Both the position numbers and the translations under genes were made by a program. Source: a virus. Taken from it: 35,574 nt of DNA. The notes under the pieces are model-generated. The model saw only the letters and a list, made by a program, of their open reading frames with translations. It did not search any database and was not told where the DNA came from. The DNA lies in IMG/VR virus record IMGVR_UViG_3300045912_000157, positions 1 through 35,574 of that record. One strand, 5' to 3'. Shown in pieces: positions 7,974 through 15,314 of the stretch (its first letter is position 1; each line of letters opens with the position of its first letter).

Positions 7974-8960
7974 TCAACCATAACTTTGAACCAAAAATCC
8001 AAATTCAGGCTTCGCGTGTTTTATCTCAATACCGGTTTTCTTTTGATAAATTGATTTGATTCTATCTCGGGCTACTGAAACTGCAATTCTGGAAACATCG
8101 ACACCCAGCCACTTTCTTTCAAGTTTCTCGGCAACAGCAACCGTTGTGCCGCCACCGGAGAAGAAATCAGCAACGAGATCTCCTGGCTTTGAAAGCGCAT
8201 TGATGATCTTAGAAAGCAGTTCCTCTGGTTTCTGGGTTGGATAACCAATTCGTTCTTTGCTAATATTTAGAACAGCTTTAACTTCCCAAGTATCATCAGG
8301 AAGAATATCTGCATAATATCTTCCTTGTTCATCCACTTGAGGGCTGAAGAATGGCTTCTCATAATAAATACGTTCCTTAATGCAATTATAAAAATATTTT
8401 TTTGGATCTTTACTGTACCAATATAAGTTGTCATGCTTATGGCCAAATCTTCTTTTACTAGCTCCGCCAGTTCGATAAGACCAAATAATCTCATTCTGAA
8501 AATTATCTGGACCGAACATTTTGTCTAACTCAATCTTTACATAATGACAGGCGTGTTTGTCCAAGTGAACAACTAAATTTCCAGTTTGTTTGAGAAGCCG
8601 TTTCATTTCCCAAAGTCTTGCATTCATCCAGGCGAGGTAAGTAGGCAAGCCTCCATCCCAAATGTCACTAAATGTGCGAACCTCGTCGTCGTCACCGAAA
8701 ATACAATTATAGTTGCGACCAGAGAAGAAGGGGGGATCTATATAGATTAAATCAATAGACTCCGAAGGCAGTGATCGCATCACTGAAAGATTATCACCCC
8801 AAATCAGTCTATTTTCGATTTTACTAACAGTACCATCCCAATTGAACTCTTCTGTAGTAATAAAAGGGCGCTCTTCCGTCTTAAATGTTTCTCTAAAATC
8901 TTTACCGTCCCAGCCGATTGGCTTGTGAAAATCTGACAAAAATAAGTCGTCACACCTCAC
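7974..8960 (-). CDS. Orphan DNA methyltransferase (N6-adenine/N4-cytosine, beta-class order: DPPF motif before the AdoMet motif)
   Basis: Motif IV IDLIYIDPPFFSG lies upstream of motif I LVADFFSGGGTTVAVAEKLERKWLGVDVS. No restriction partner is nearby. I place the start at GTG 8960 (GTGA overlap with the upstream mini-ORF). The track start, TTG 9008, is the alternative. Confidence 0.85.
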   Translation of the reverse strand: MRCDDLFLSDFHKPIGWDGKDFRETFKTEERPFITTEEFNWDGTVSKIENRLIWGDNLSVMRSLPSESIDLIYIDPPFFSGRNYNCIFGDDDEVRTFSDIWDGGLPTYLAWMNARLWEMKRLLKQTGNLVVHLDKHACHYVKIELDKMFGPDNFQNEIIWSYRTGGASKRRFGHKHDNLYWYSKDPKKYFYNCIKERIYYEKPFFSPQVDEQGRYYADILPDDTWEVKAVLNISKERIGYPTQKPEELLSKIINALSKPGDLVADFFSGGGTTVAVAEKLERKWLGVDVSRIAVSVARDRIKSIYQKKTGIEIKHAKPEFGFLVQSYG

Positions 8961-9070
8961 TTCACCCCCCAAAGTTTTAAAAAGATAACCAAGTCCCACG
9001 CCAAACAAACTGCAAGAATAATATTAAGTAAGAGTGAGAGTGAGACAACGATCCACATCTTGTCTTTCAT
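8957..9070 (-). CDS. 37-aa single-pass membrane peptide (below the ORF-track cutoff)
   Basis: Hand translation: MKDKMWIVVSLSLLLNIILAVCLAWDLVIFLKLWGVK. SD AGGTG lies 4-5 nt upstream. Its TGA overlaps the GTG of the methyltransferase. Confidence 0.45.
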   Translation of the reverse strand: MKDKMWIVVSLSLLLNIILAVCLAWDLVIFLKLWGVK

Positions 9071-9131
9071 TTCACACCTGACCTGCTTCTACTCCCGCAA
9101 CCATCTCTTCCAATTTTAAAATTGTTGATAC

Positions 9132-9461
9132 TTAATACTCACAAGCGCGCATGATCGTGAGAACCCGATTTGGTTTTACTTCAAGCGGGTCAACTCCGTA
9201 TTCAAAATTTTCATCCAAATAGTCTATTTTCCAAAAATAATCTACGCCGTCCAGAGTCACACGCCCAAAATCTTTTTCGCCATGCGGATCGTTTTCTTCT
9301 GTCCACAAATTAAATCCTCGCACCTCGGTTATCAACCGCTCCCGAGTTTCGTCGTCTAAGGCCGCAACCATATCGCTAAACACAACTCGATTTCGCGATG
9401 AACTTATTAATGTCATTCGAAAAATGTTGTTCTCCGCTGCTACTGTTTCGATCGTTCTCAT
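9132..9461 (-). CDS. DUF3768-family protein
   Basis: DPHGEKDFGRVTLDGVDYFWKIDYLDENFEYGVDPLEVKPNRVLTIMRACEY matches the DUF3768 signature as I remember it (DP.GE.DFG...KIDYYD...RVLTIML..EY). Start moved to ATG 9461 (ATGA overlap with the upstream ORF). Confidence 0.7.
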   Translation of the reverse strand: MRTIETVAAENNIFRMTLISSSRNRVVFSDMVAALDDETRERLITEVRGFNLWTEENDPHGEKDFGRVTLDGVDYFWKIDYLDENFEYGVDPLEVKPNRVLTIMRACEY

Positions 9462-9679
9462 TTTAATTCCTCCACCTCGACCGTGCATCTCACACGATAC
9501 TTTTTGTTATTCAATTCCACGTCTTTGCTTGAGTTCATAAACAAAGCAGGTCGCGATGAACTTCCTCGAAAGAAAAACACACGAGCAAATTTTGCGTTGA
9601 TTTGTTTCCCTTCAGGCAAAGCTAAGGACACTTCGGCTCGAAGAAACACGTTCTCGGTTGAATCAGTTCGCGACAACAT
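9458..9679 (-). CDS. Hypothetical early protein
   Basis: 73 aa. Translationally coupled (ATGA) to the DUF3768 gene. Confidence 0.5.
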   Translation of the reverse strand: MLSRTDSTENVFLRAEVSLALPEGKQINAKFARVFFFRGSSSRPALFMNSSKDVELNNKKYRVRCTVEVEELK

Positions 9680-9851
9680 TTTTCGCCTCTAGTTTCAACA
9701 GCCATTTTTTCTTCCAAACTTTTTCACCGCCATCATCGAGCTTAATCCAGTAAGTTCCGAACCCTGGTCGCAATACAGTCGCCGTCCGTCCGATCAATTC
9801 GGAATTGCGAGGACCCTTCACAATCGCAACCCTGTCTCCTGGTTTCAACAT
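9663..9851 (-). CDS. Hypothetical small protein, KOW/SH3-like
   Basis: 62 aa. MLKPGDRVAIVKGPRNSELIGRTATVL resembles a KOW-type motif. Confidence 0.5.
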   Translation of the reverse strand: MLKPGDRVAIVKGPRNSELIGRTATVLRPGFGTYWIKLDDGGEKVWKKKWLLKLEAKNVVAN

Positions 9852-9869
9852 TTTCCCCTCCGTTTGTGT

Positions 9870-10814
9870 TTATGTTTCTGGATATTCTTCTTCTATTTTC
9901 TTGAAAAACCAGTCGTCAATTTCAAGATGCATCGCTCTGCCGTTGTCGTATGACGGCCAGTTGTTTGAACGCTTGCAGTTCATGAATTCTTTTATCAAAC
10001 CACGATACCAACGCTGACCAAGTTCAAGTTGCCCGCTGTCGGCCATGATAACAGTCACATGATACGGCGGCGAACTCTCAACAAAGGCCCAACCAAAATA
10101 AGGCTCCTTCCCCGTGATTTGCTTTACACCATCCACGTAAACAGCGGCTTGAAGAAGCAATTTGTTTTTCTTCACGGTGCTGTAACAAGCGCGAGGCGAC
10201 GCGTCCGCAGTTGTTTTGATGTCCATGATGACCGAATCGCCGTCGATCAAATTTGGATGAAAAAAATCCATGACCATGTTGAAATAAATTTCTTCGTCAA
10301 ATTTCCAAGTCGCTTTTATTTCCTTTTGTCCTTCGGTGAAAAATTTTGCCAACAAATCGTGATTCAAAACTTCTTGCGTCATTCGTTGGCATTTCTTCCA
10401 AAGCTCTGCGCTAATGAGTTTCTTGCCTTGCTGATTCATCTCGGCAACGTACATTTCCCAAATGCGCGCGTTCGGATCTAAAGCATTGAGCTGATCGATT
10501 AAGTTTTGTTTTTTTCCGCTCACGGGTTTTTCGCCGCAAGCCTTGATTGCGTCCTTCAATTGATCAACGGTGCAAATGAAATTTTCCTTCGGCTCCATCA
10601 CGACGTATTCGTCTTCGAACTTGTCGGCCTCAAGAATTGCCTTGTGATAAATTTTGCCCATTTCCATAGCCGGAGTTGGCTCGATTTCTTTCAAAATGTA
10701 CTGTGATTTGTAAGTCTTTGGAGATTCGGCAAATGCAGCCAATCTTGATGCTGACAAAACTGTGACTTCTGGCTTGATTGTTTCAAGCTCCTCTCGCTGT
10801 ATGAATGTGAACAT
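9870..10814 (-). CDS. PD-(D/E)XK exonuclease (RecE C-terminal/DUF3799-like), the likely partner of the RecT-like protein
   Basis: 314 aa. SVIMDIKTTADAS...LQAAVYVDG fits the D...(D/E)xK...QxxxY core of RecE/RecB-type phage exonucleases. Confidence 0.7.
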   Translation of the reverse strand: MFTFIQREELETIKPEVTVLSASRLAAFAESPKTYKSQYILKEIEPTPAMEMGKIYHKAILEADKFEDEYVVMEPKENFICTVDQLKDAIKACGEKPVSGKKQNLIDQLNALDPNARIWEMYVAEMNQQGKKLISAELWKKCQRMTQEVLNHDLLAKFFTEGQKEIKATWKFDEEIYFNMVMDFFHPNLIDGDSVIMDIKTTADASPRACYSTVKKNKLLLQAAVYVDGVKQITGKEPYFGWAFVESSPPYHVTVIMADSGQLELGQRWYRGLIKEFMNCKRSNNWPSYDNGRAMHLEIDDWFFKKIEEEYPET

Positions 10815-10816
10815 GA

Positions 10817-11467
10817 TTAAATTCCCTTCGTTCCTATGGTTGCAATCAATTCGCGAATTTTGTTTTGTCCGTCAGAATTGTGAGCCAGTTGTTTTTTCTG
10901 TTCGTGATTCAAAAGAAATTCGTATTTTGGATTGTGCTCAATTTCGGGGCAATACTTCGCCGCTGCTTCCAAGGTTATTTTGTTTTCCTGAACGGCTTTT
11001 ATGATTGCGTCTTCGCGCCCAGATTTATTGAATCCGAAACTCGGCGTCCATTTGACTGGCTCTTGCGCTTGCCTTTTTTCAGCGACTATTCGTTCATAAT
11101 TTTCTTTGTACGTGAACCAAGCCGTTTGCGTGTCTCCGTTTCGCACATGAGGCCACGCATAAGACCAAGCCTCACGCATTTCGTCCGTCCAAACGAAACT
11201 ATCGTCTTCGCTTTTTCCAATCAAAGCCCAAGACGTTTGCGCCGAAGGACGACCGTCGTCGATCAAAGCAATCAACTGCGCCGGAGTTGGCATTCGATTG
11301 CCGTTTGAAACATTCATGCGATATTTTTTCCAAGCCGCTTCAAGATCCGACAACTCCCATTGGCCTATGTCTTGAAGATAAATTTCTGCTCGAGCTGCAG
11401 ATAAGTTGGCCTCGTGATAAGCAGCCATGAGACCAATGAGTTTCAGTTTTTCATTTCGTTGTTTCAA
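10817..11467 (-). CDS. Hypothetical replication-module protein
   Basis: 216 aa, immediately downstream of the initiator-like gene. The N-terminal region (AAYHEANLSAARAEIYLQDIGQWELSDLEAAWKKY...MPTPAQLI) is reminiscent of helicase-loader-type phage proteins, but the match is weak. Confidence 0.45.
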   Translation of the reverse strand: MKQRNEKLKLIGLMAAYHEANLSAARAEIYLQDIGQWELSDLEAAWKKYRMNVSNGNRMPTPAQLIALIDDGRPSAQTSWALIGKSEDDSFVWTDEMREAWSYAWPHVRNGDTQTAWFTYKENYERIVAEKRQAQEPVKWTPSFGFNKSGREDAIIKAVQENKITLEAAAKYCPEIEHNPKYEFLLNHEQKKQLAHNSDGQNKIRELIATIGTKGI

Positions 11468-11468
11468 T

Positions 11469-12239
11469 TCACACCTCTCGCTGTGTCAGGGCTTCGATCG
11501 TTTCCTGAATTGAGTTCTGTTTTTCGAATTGTTTTACCTTGGACGCCGTAATTGTCACGCCTCTTTTCCATTGCGAATGAAGACTTTCTGCGTCTTTTAA
11601 GCACAGTCCGATAGCGTGAGAGTTTTTTAAATAAAACCCGTCGTTGTGCGTCAAATAAAATTTCACAACTTCAACAGCTTCGGCTCCTAACCGTTTGCCC
11701 AATTGTGACACTTGAGCGTTTATGCGACCATTTCTCACAGGCTCGACGCCGTAGCGCAGCGTATAGGCGTCAAAATAGCTTTGCCAGATTTTGCGATTGA
11801 GATTTTTTTCTTCTGACTGATGTTCAAAAGAAGAAACAGGCTTTTGTGCAGACGAAACATTTTGGGGTGCTGTTAAATTCTTTTCTTTTCTTTTCTTTTC
11901 TATTTCTTTCTTTTCTATTCTATTTATAAAGGATTCAGTTTTTTCTATTGTAAGTAGTTGAAATGATTGGAGCCGATTGAGATAATTGCGCAACGATTGC
12001 GCGCCAATTCGCATATATTTTGGTAGCATTTGCGCGCTGATTTCAAACTCATTTGAAACTATATCCGCGCAGATTGATAAGCAATAAAGATATAATTGAA
12101 ACTCAATTGGCTTTAATTTTGAAATTTTTTCATCGTTAAAAATGCGTTTAGAAACCATAAAATGGGTATGACCTTTTTTAGATTTCGAATTGTGCAAAAA
12201 GAATTTGTCGATTTTTACATGATACACTTGTTTAGACAT
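11469..12239 (-). CDS. Replication-initiator (lambda O-like) candidate: N-terminal winged-helix domain, Lys/Glu linker, C-terminal domain
   Basis: 256 aa and the first gene of the early operon. The C-terminal block IWQSYFDAYTLRYGVEPVRNGRINAQVSQLGKRLGAEAVEVVKFYLTHND.FYLKNSHAIGLCLKDAESLHSQWKRG recalls prophage O-like proteins of proteobacteria. Ori-like repeats lie inside the gene. Confidence 0.5.
   Translation of the reverse strand: MSKQVYHVKIDKFFLHNSKSKKGHTHFMVSKRIFNDEKISKLKPIEFQLYLYCLSICADIVSNEFEISAQMLPKYMRIGAQSLRNYLNRLQSFQLLTIEKTESFINRIEKKEIEKKRKEKNLTAPQNVSSAQKPVSSFEHQSEEKNLNRKIWQSYFDAYTLRYGVEPVRNGRINAQVSQLGKRLGAEAVEVVKFYLTHNDGFYLKNSHAIGLCLKDAESLHSQWKRGVTITASKVKQFEKQNSIQETIEALTQREV
11878..12012. 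repeat. Ori-like region inside the initiator gene: phased (G/A)ATTG(C/G) repeats plus a ~50-nt homopyrimidine/AT-rich tract with (CTTTT)x4
   Basis: ATTG/ATTC cores start at 11966, 11976, 11985, 11996 and 12007 (10-11 bp spacing), and TTGCGCAA is a palindrome. The tract 11878-11927 reads ttcttttcttttcttttcttttctatttctttcttttctattctatttat. Confidence 0.35.
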
Positions 12240-12348
12240 GAATCTTCCCCCAAAAAATTCAACTTTTCCGTTGCAAAAACTCTGAATTTCGGAGATAAAT
12301 CACGAAGTTCGTTGGTCGTTGCAACGGGCCGGTCGAAAGACCGAACAG

Positions 12349-12376
12349 AGCCGGTTCACGCCGGCTTTTGTTTTAT
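12349..12376 (+). terminator. Plus-strand intrinsic-terminator-like hairpin in the early leader region (possible antisense/small RNA 3' end)
   Basis: AGCCGG-ttcacg-CCGGCT followed by TTTGTTTTAT on the plus strand. On the minus strand no U-tract follows the hairpin. Confidence 0.4.
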
Positions 12377-12541
12377 AAAAAACATCCCTTAAAAAAGAAA
12401 CAAAATAATTCGGTCTAGATCAAATAAATTGTAAAAACTTCATAAGCGTTTGAAATCATTATATATTATGTAGTTTCCACAATCATTGAAAAATGCGATT
12501 TTATAATTTATTCTTGAAGAAACTCAGCTGAGGCAGTTTTG

Positions 12542-12561
12542 GCCCCCCTTAACTGGGGGGC
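12542..12561 (-). terminator. GC-rich hairpin just downstream of the accessory operon (possible terminator or RNA-stabilising 3' hairpin)
   Basis: GCCCCCC-ttaact-GGGGGGC, 11 nt after the stop at 12573. It lacks a U-tract on the minus strand; a T-rich run follows on the plus strand. Confidence 0.35.
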
Positions 12562-12572
12562 TTGTGGTATTT

Positions 12573-13433
12573 TCATTTTTTCCATTTTTCATCAATCAAC
12601 TTGGGAACAGCATACTTCCAAGTGATGCTATGATGCAATCTGCTATTTATCCAGCCCATCAGACCAATTTTACAGCAGCTTGGTTCTGCGATGACGCTAT
12701 AAAATGATTTCACATAAGTGCCATACAATTTGTAAGCGTCTGTATTTCCGCCTGAATTGCTTTGCGTCAAGAGCTGAACTATTGCAACATCTGTGATTTG
12801 AAAAAATAATTTCCCTATTTTTCCTTGTGACAAATATGTATTTACGTCATCGTTCATTCTTCCAATAAATACAATATCGTCTTTTGAATTTTGGTTTACT
12901 TTGAAAACAAATGTGTTCATTGCCTTTCTTTTATAAGTATTATTAAATACCGATGGAGCTCCACCAATAAAGTCACCAGCTTGAGCAAAGGCAATCGTAC
13001 AAACTTTTGTTTCATTTAAGCAATCTATTATTGAATCAAGAACAGTATCTAATTTTTTGATTATAATAGCTCTCAATATATTTCCATCAATTTTTCTGTA
13101 TGAGAATTGTGTATAGTCATCTTCGTATTCAAAAAAATAATCCAGACCGAGCGATCTTGCGATGTCATAACAGGCGTTTCTTGCGTAAACTATTACTTTA
13201 TTGCCCGCAAAATTATCCATTTTGTCAAATTTACCCTCATATTGTTTTTTGCTGAAAACAATAACTTCATCTCCATAATTCTGTTTATATTTATCTAAAG
13301 TTTTATCTTCATCGTCGCATATAATGAAAATTCTTCCAGTGTAACCTTGTCGGCGCAATGTTCTATATGTAATTACTCTGTCGGGTCTTCCGTGTGATAA
13401 AATAAAAACGGCATAATTATGTTTTTGTTGCAT
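12573..13433 (-). CDS. GT-A-like (DxD) transferase candidate, function unknown
   Basis: 286 aa. The N-terminal strand and loop AVFILSHGRPDRV, then IFIICDDEDK and FFEYEDDYTQF acidic motifs, are laid out as in GT-A nucleotide-sugar transferases. Overlaps the upstream gene by 17 nt. AT-rich. Confidence 0.45.
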   Translation of the reverse strand: MQQKHNYAVFILSHGRPDRVITYRTLRRQGYTGRIFIICDDEDKTLDKYKQNYGDEVIVFSKKQYEGKFDKMDNFAGNKVIVYARNACYDIARSLGLDYFFEYEDDYTQFSYRKIDGNILRAIIIKKLDTVLDSIIDCLNETKVCTIAFAQAGDFIGGAPSVFNNTYKRKAMNTFVFKVNQNSKDDIVFIGRMNDDVNTYLSQGKIGKLFFQITDVAIVQLLTQSNSGGNTDAYKLYGTYVKSFYSVIAEPSCCKIGLMGWINSRLHHSITWKYAVPKLIDEKWKK

Positions 13434-13830
13434 TTTTTTTCCTAAATTTTGCTTCGGTTTTTATTTTTGAACTACTATAGTCGTGATTTCTGTCGAGATA
13501 AAAAATTTCTTTATTTAATTTCTCGATTTCTTCTTTCATTTCCCATTTATGACCTTTGTGATCAGATCCAAGAAAATAAATATCATAATGAAGAGACAAA
13601 AACATATTTCGATCTCGATCTATGTTTTCGTATGGTATTACTTCATCAACCCATTTCACGGCTTTTAGTTGAATAAATCTTTCAAATATTGATTGCTGAG
13701 GATTTTTGTAAAGTGGCTTGCAATGAAGTCCGACAATAAGAAAATCGCAATTCTTCTTGGCTTGCTCTAATGATAGAATATGACCACTGTGCAAAATATC
13801 TGCGACCATCGGGAAAAAGCCTATTTTCAT
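13417..13830 (-). CDS. Cytidylyltransferase-like nucleotidyltransferase (TagD / glycerol-3-phosphate cytidylyltransferase-like)
   Basis: 137 aa. HxGH motif in VADILHSGHILSLEQAKKNCDFLIVGL, then WVDEVIPY and SSSKIK, colinear with TagD as I recall it (FDLLHWGHIKLLERAK...YVDEVIP...STTKIK). Confidence 0.8.
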   Translation of the reverse strand: MKIGFFPMVADILHSGHILSLEQAKKNCDFLIVGLHCKPLYKNPQQSIFERFIQLKAVKWVDEVIPYENIDRDRNMFLSLHYDIYFLGSDHKGHKWEMKEEIEKLNKEIFYLDRNHDYSSSKIKTEAKFRKKNATKT

Positions 13831-14738
13831 AAAGTATCCTCATCGTTTGTGTATGTATCGTTGTTTAAATAACTTTCGTTTAGTTGTTTTGAAAGTTTAA
13901 CAAAACCATTTTGAACAGCTTTATTAAAGTCGATAATTACCAATGCTGATTTTTCAAATAGTTCTTGAGTATTTTTATCAGAATGAGCGTAGTAATTTGC
14001 TATGTTTTCATAATTGAACACTATGTGTCTACTTGCTGCCATAAACAAAAATTGCTTTTCTTGTTCACTTAATGAACTTTGTTTTATCTGCTCACATAAC
14101 TCATTGTATTTAGTTAAATCTATTAAATCAGCAATGATCGGCTTATCTCCAGTTGGTTCGTAAATCGGAGCGGCGATTTTATTGCTGTAAAAATTTTTCT
14201 GTTCTTCGGTTAATGGCACTACTTGTTCTTCGTCATAATAGTCTGATTTTTCTCTCAAATGAGAATTAACCATGATTTTTTCGGGTATTTCAAATTTGAG
14301 ATTGTCGAAATTTACAAACGGAAGACATATTTGCTCATTTAAAAAATCAAAACTTATGTTTTGAATTCCCCGAATGAACTCTTCAGCACCGATCTGATCG
14401 AACGTTCCGTATTGAGAGGCCGCAGCCAAAACTTTTCTTTTAGCATGATCGATATTGTCAGCTTCTATGAAAACTACCGGAACCTGCGGAATTGAATATC
14501 CTTCTTCTTTCATTTTTTTTAGAGTCGAATATCTTTGATGACCGTCGATGATATAAATTTTTGCGTCTTCTGGGTTTTCCCAAACAAAAATCGAAAATGA
14601 AAACCCGTCTGCCAAAATCTCATTTTTGAGTTTTTGATAGTTTTCGTTTTGTAAAACTTTCAAGTCGCCTTGTAATGGAGTCATTAAGTCGATTGAAAGC
14701 GTATCTTTTGTTTTGACTGCAATTTTAATCGTTTCCAT
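13827..14738 (-). CDS. ParB/Srx N-terminal-fold protein with an uncharacterised C-terminal domain
   Basis: 303 aa. KIYIIDGHQRYSTL is the ParB-like nuclease-domain DGxxR motif. The C-terminal region has PIYEPTGDKP...FLFMAASRHIVFNYENIANYYAH...SALVIIDFNKAV. No methylase domain is fused. ATGA overlap with the cytidylyltransferase gene. Confidence 0.75.
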   Translation of the reverse strand: METIKIAVKTKDTLSIDLMTPLQGDLKVLQNENYQKLKNEILADGFSFSIFVWENPEDAKIYIIDGHQRYSTLKKMKEEGYSIPQVPVVFIEADNIDHAKRKVLAAASQYGTFDQIGAEEFIRGIQNISFDFLNEQICLPFVNFDNLKFEIPEKIMVNSHLREKSDYYDEEQVVPLTEEQKNFYSNKIAAPIYEPTGDKPIIADLIDLTKYNELCEQIKQSSLSEQEKQFLFMAASRHIVFNYENIANYYAHSDKNTQELFEKSALVIIDFNKAVQNGFVKLSKQLNESYLNNDTYTNDEDTL

Positions 14739-14830
14739 TTTGTATTCCTTTCAAAATCAAATCGAATTAACTTAATAATGGCAATATCAATTTGAAACAT
14801 CGACGGTTGAATTGATTTTTTTCATTGTGT

Positions 14831-14860
14831 TTGTCATAAAATTATCATAATATATATAAC
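14831..14860 (+). promoter_or_regulatory. Candidate sigma70-type promoter for the plus-strand small-gene operon
   Basis: TTGTCA (14831-14836), 18 nt, TATAAC (14855-14860); TATATA at 16-nt spacing is an alternative. A small palindrome ATTAT-C-ATAAT (14841-14851) lies in the spacer, and an inverted repeat ATCAATT-17 nt-AATTGAT (14786-14816) lies just upstream. Confidence 0.35.
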
Positions 14861-14969
14861 CGAGGTGAACGATAAGAACACATACGCAGAAAAGATTGAG
14901 CATTTAAAAAAATGAAATGTCAATGTTGGTTTTGCTTTCACAATCAATCGGATTGAAAGAGAGGAAAAA

Positions 14970-15314
14970 ATGAAAAAAGATTACAGCGAGATTTTTTATG
15001 TAAGAGGAAGCGGCGACAACTCGGTCGGGATAGACGGTTGGAAGGCCAAAGTGGAAATCACGTTCGACGAATTGCCTTTGGAAAAAGAAGAGTTCATAGA
15101 CTCTTTCAAAAGGTATTTGTCGTCTCTTTATGACGATGGTTTCAGAATTGAAATTGAAACTCGAACAGAACGCGACGAACGCGAACGAAAAGAAGATGAA
15201 CAGTGGGAAGCCGAACGCGCCGCCGCCTTGCAATACGAGCCAGAAATCTTATGTTTGAGGGACGTTTTTAATTCAATTTTTGGGGTGCAAGATGAAAGAA
15301 AAAAAGACTGTTGA
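14970..15314 (+). CDS. Hypothetical acidic protein (first gene of the plus-strand operon)
   Basis: 114 aa with an SD (GAGAGGAAAAAATG). My count is 30 D+E versus 19 K+R. Contains the run TRTERDERERKEDEQWEAERAAALQYE. Confidence 0.6.
   Translation: MKKDYSEIFYVRGSGDNSVGIDGWKAKVEITFDELPLEKEEFIDSFKRYLSSLYDDGFRIEIETRTERDERERKEDEQWEAERAAALQYEPEILCLRDVFNSIFGVQDERKKDC

Noticed and set aside
12162-12392. 76-aa plus-strand ORF spanning the early leader
   Set aside because: Its first part is antisense to the initiator gene, it has no SD, and its composition is odd. The region is better explained as structured non-coding leader or antisense RNA.
14904-15233. 109-aa minus-strand ORF
   Set aside because: It is antisense to the SD-led acidic-protein gene (14970..15314). 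The sequence is F/S-rich and hydrophobic low-complexity, with no SD.
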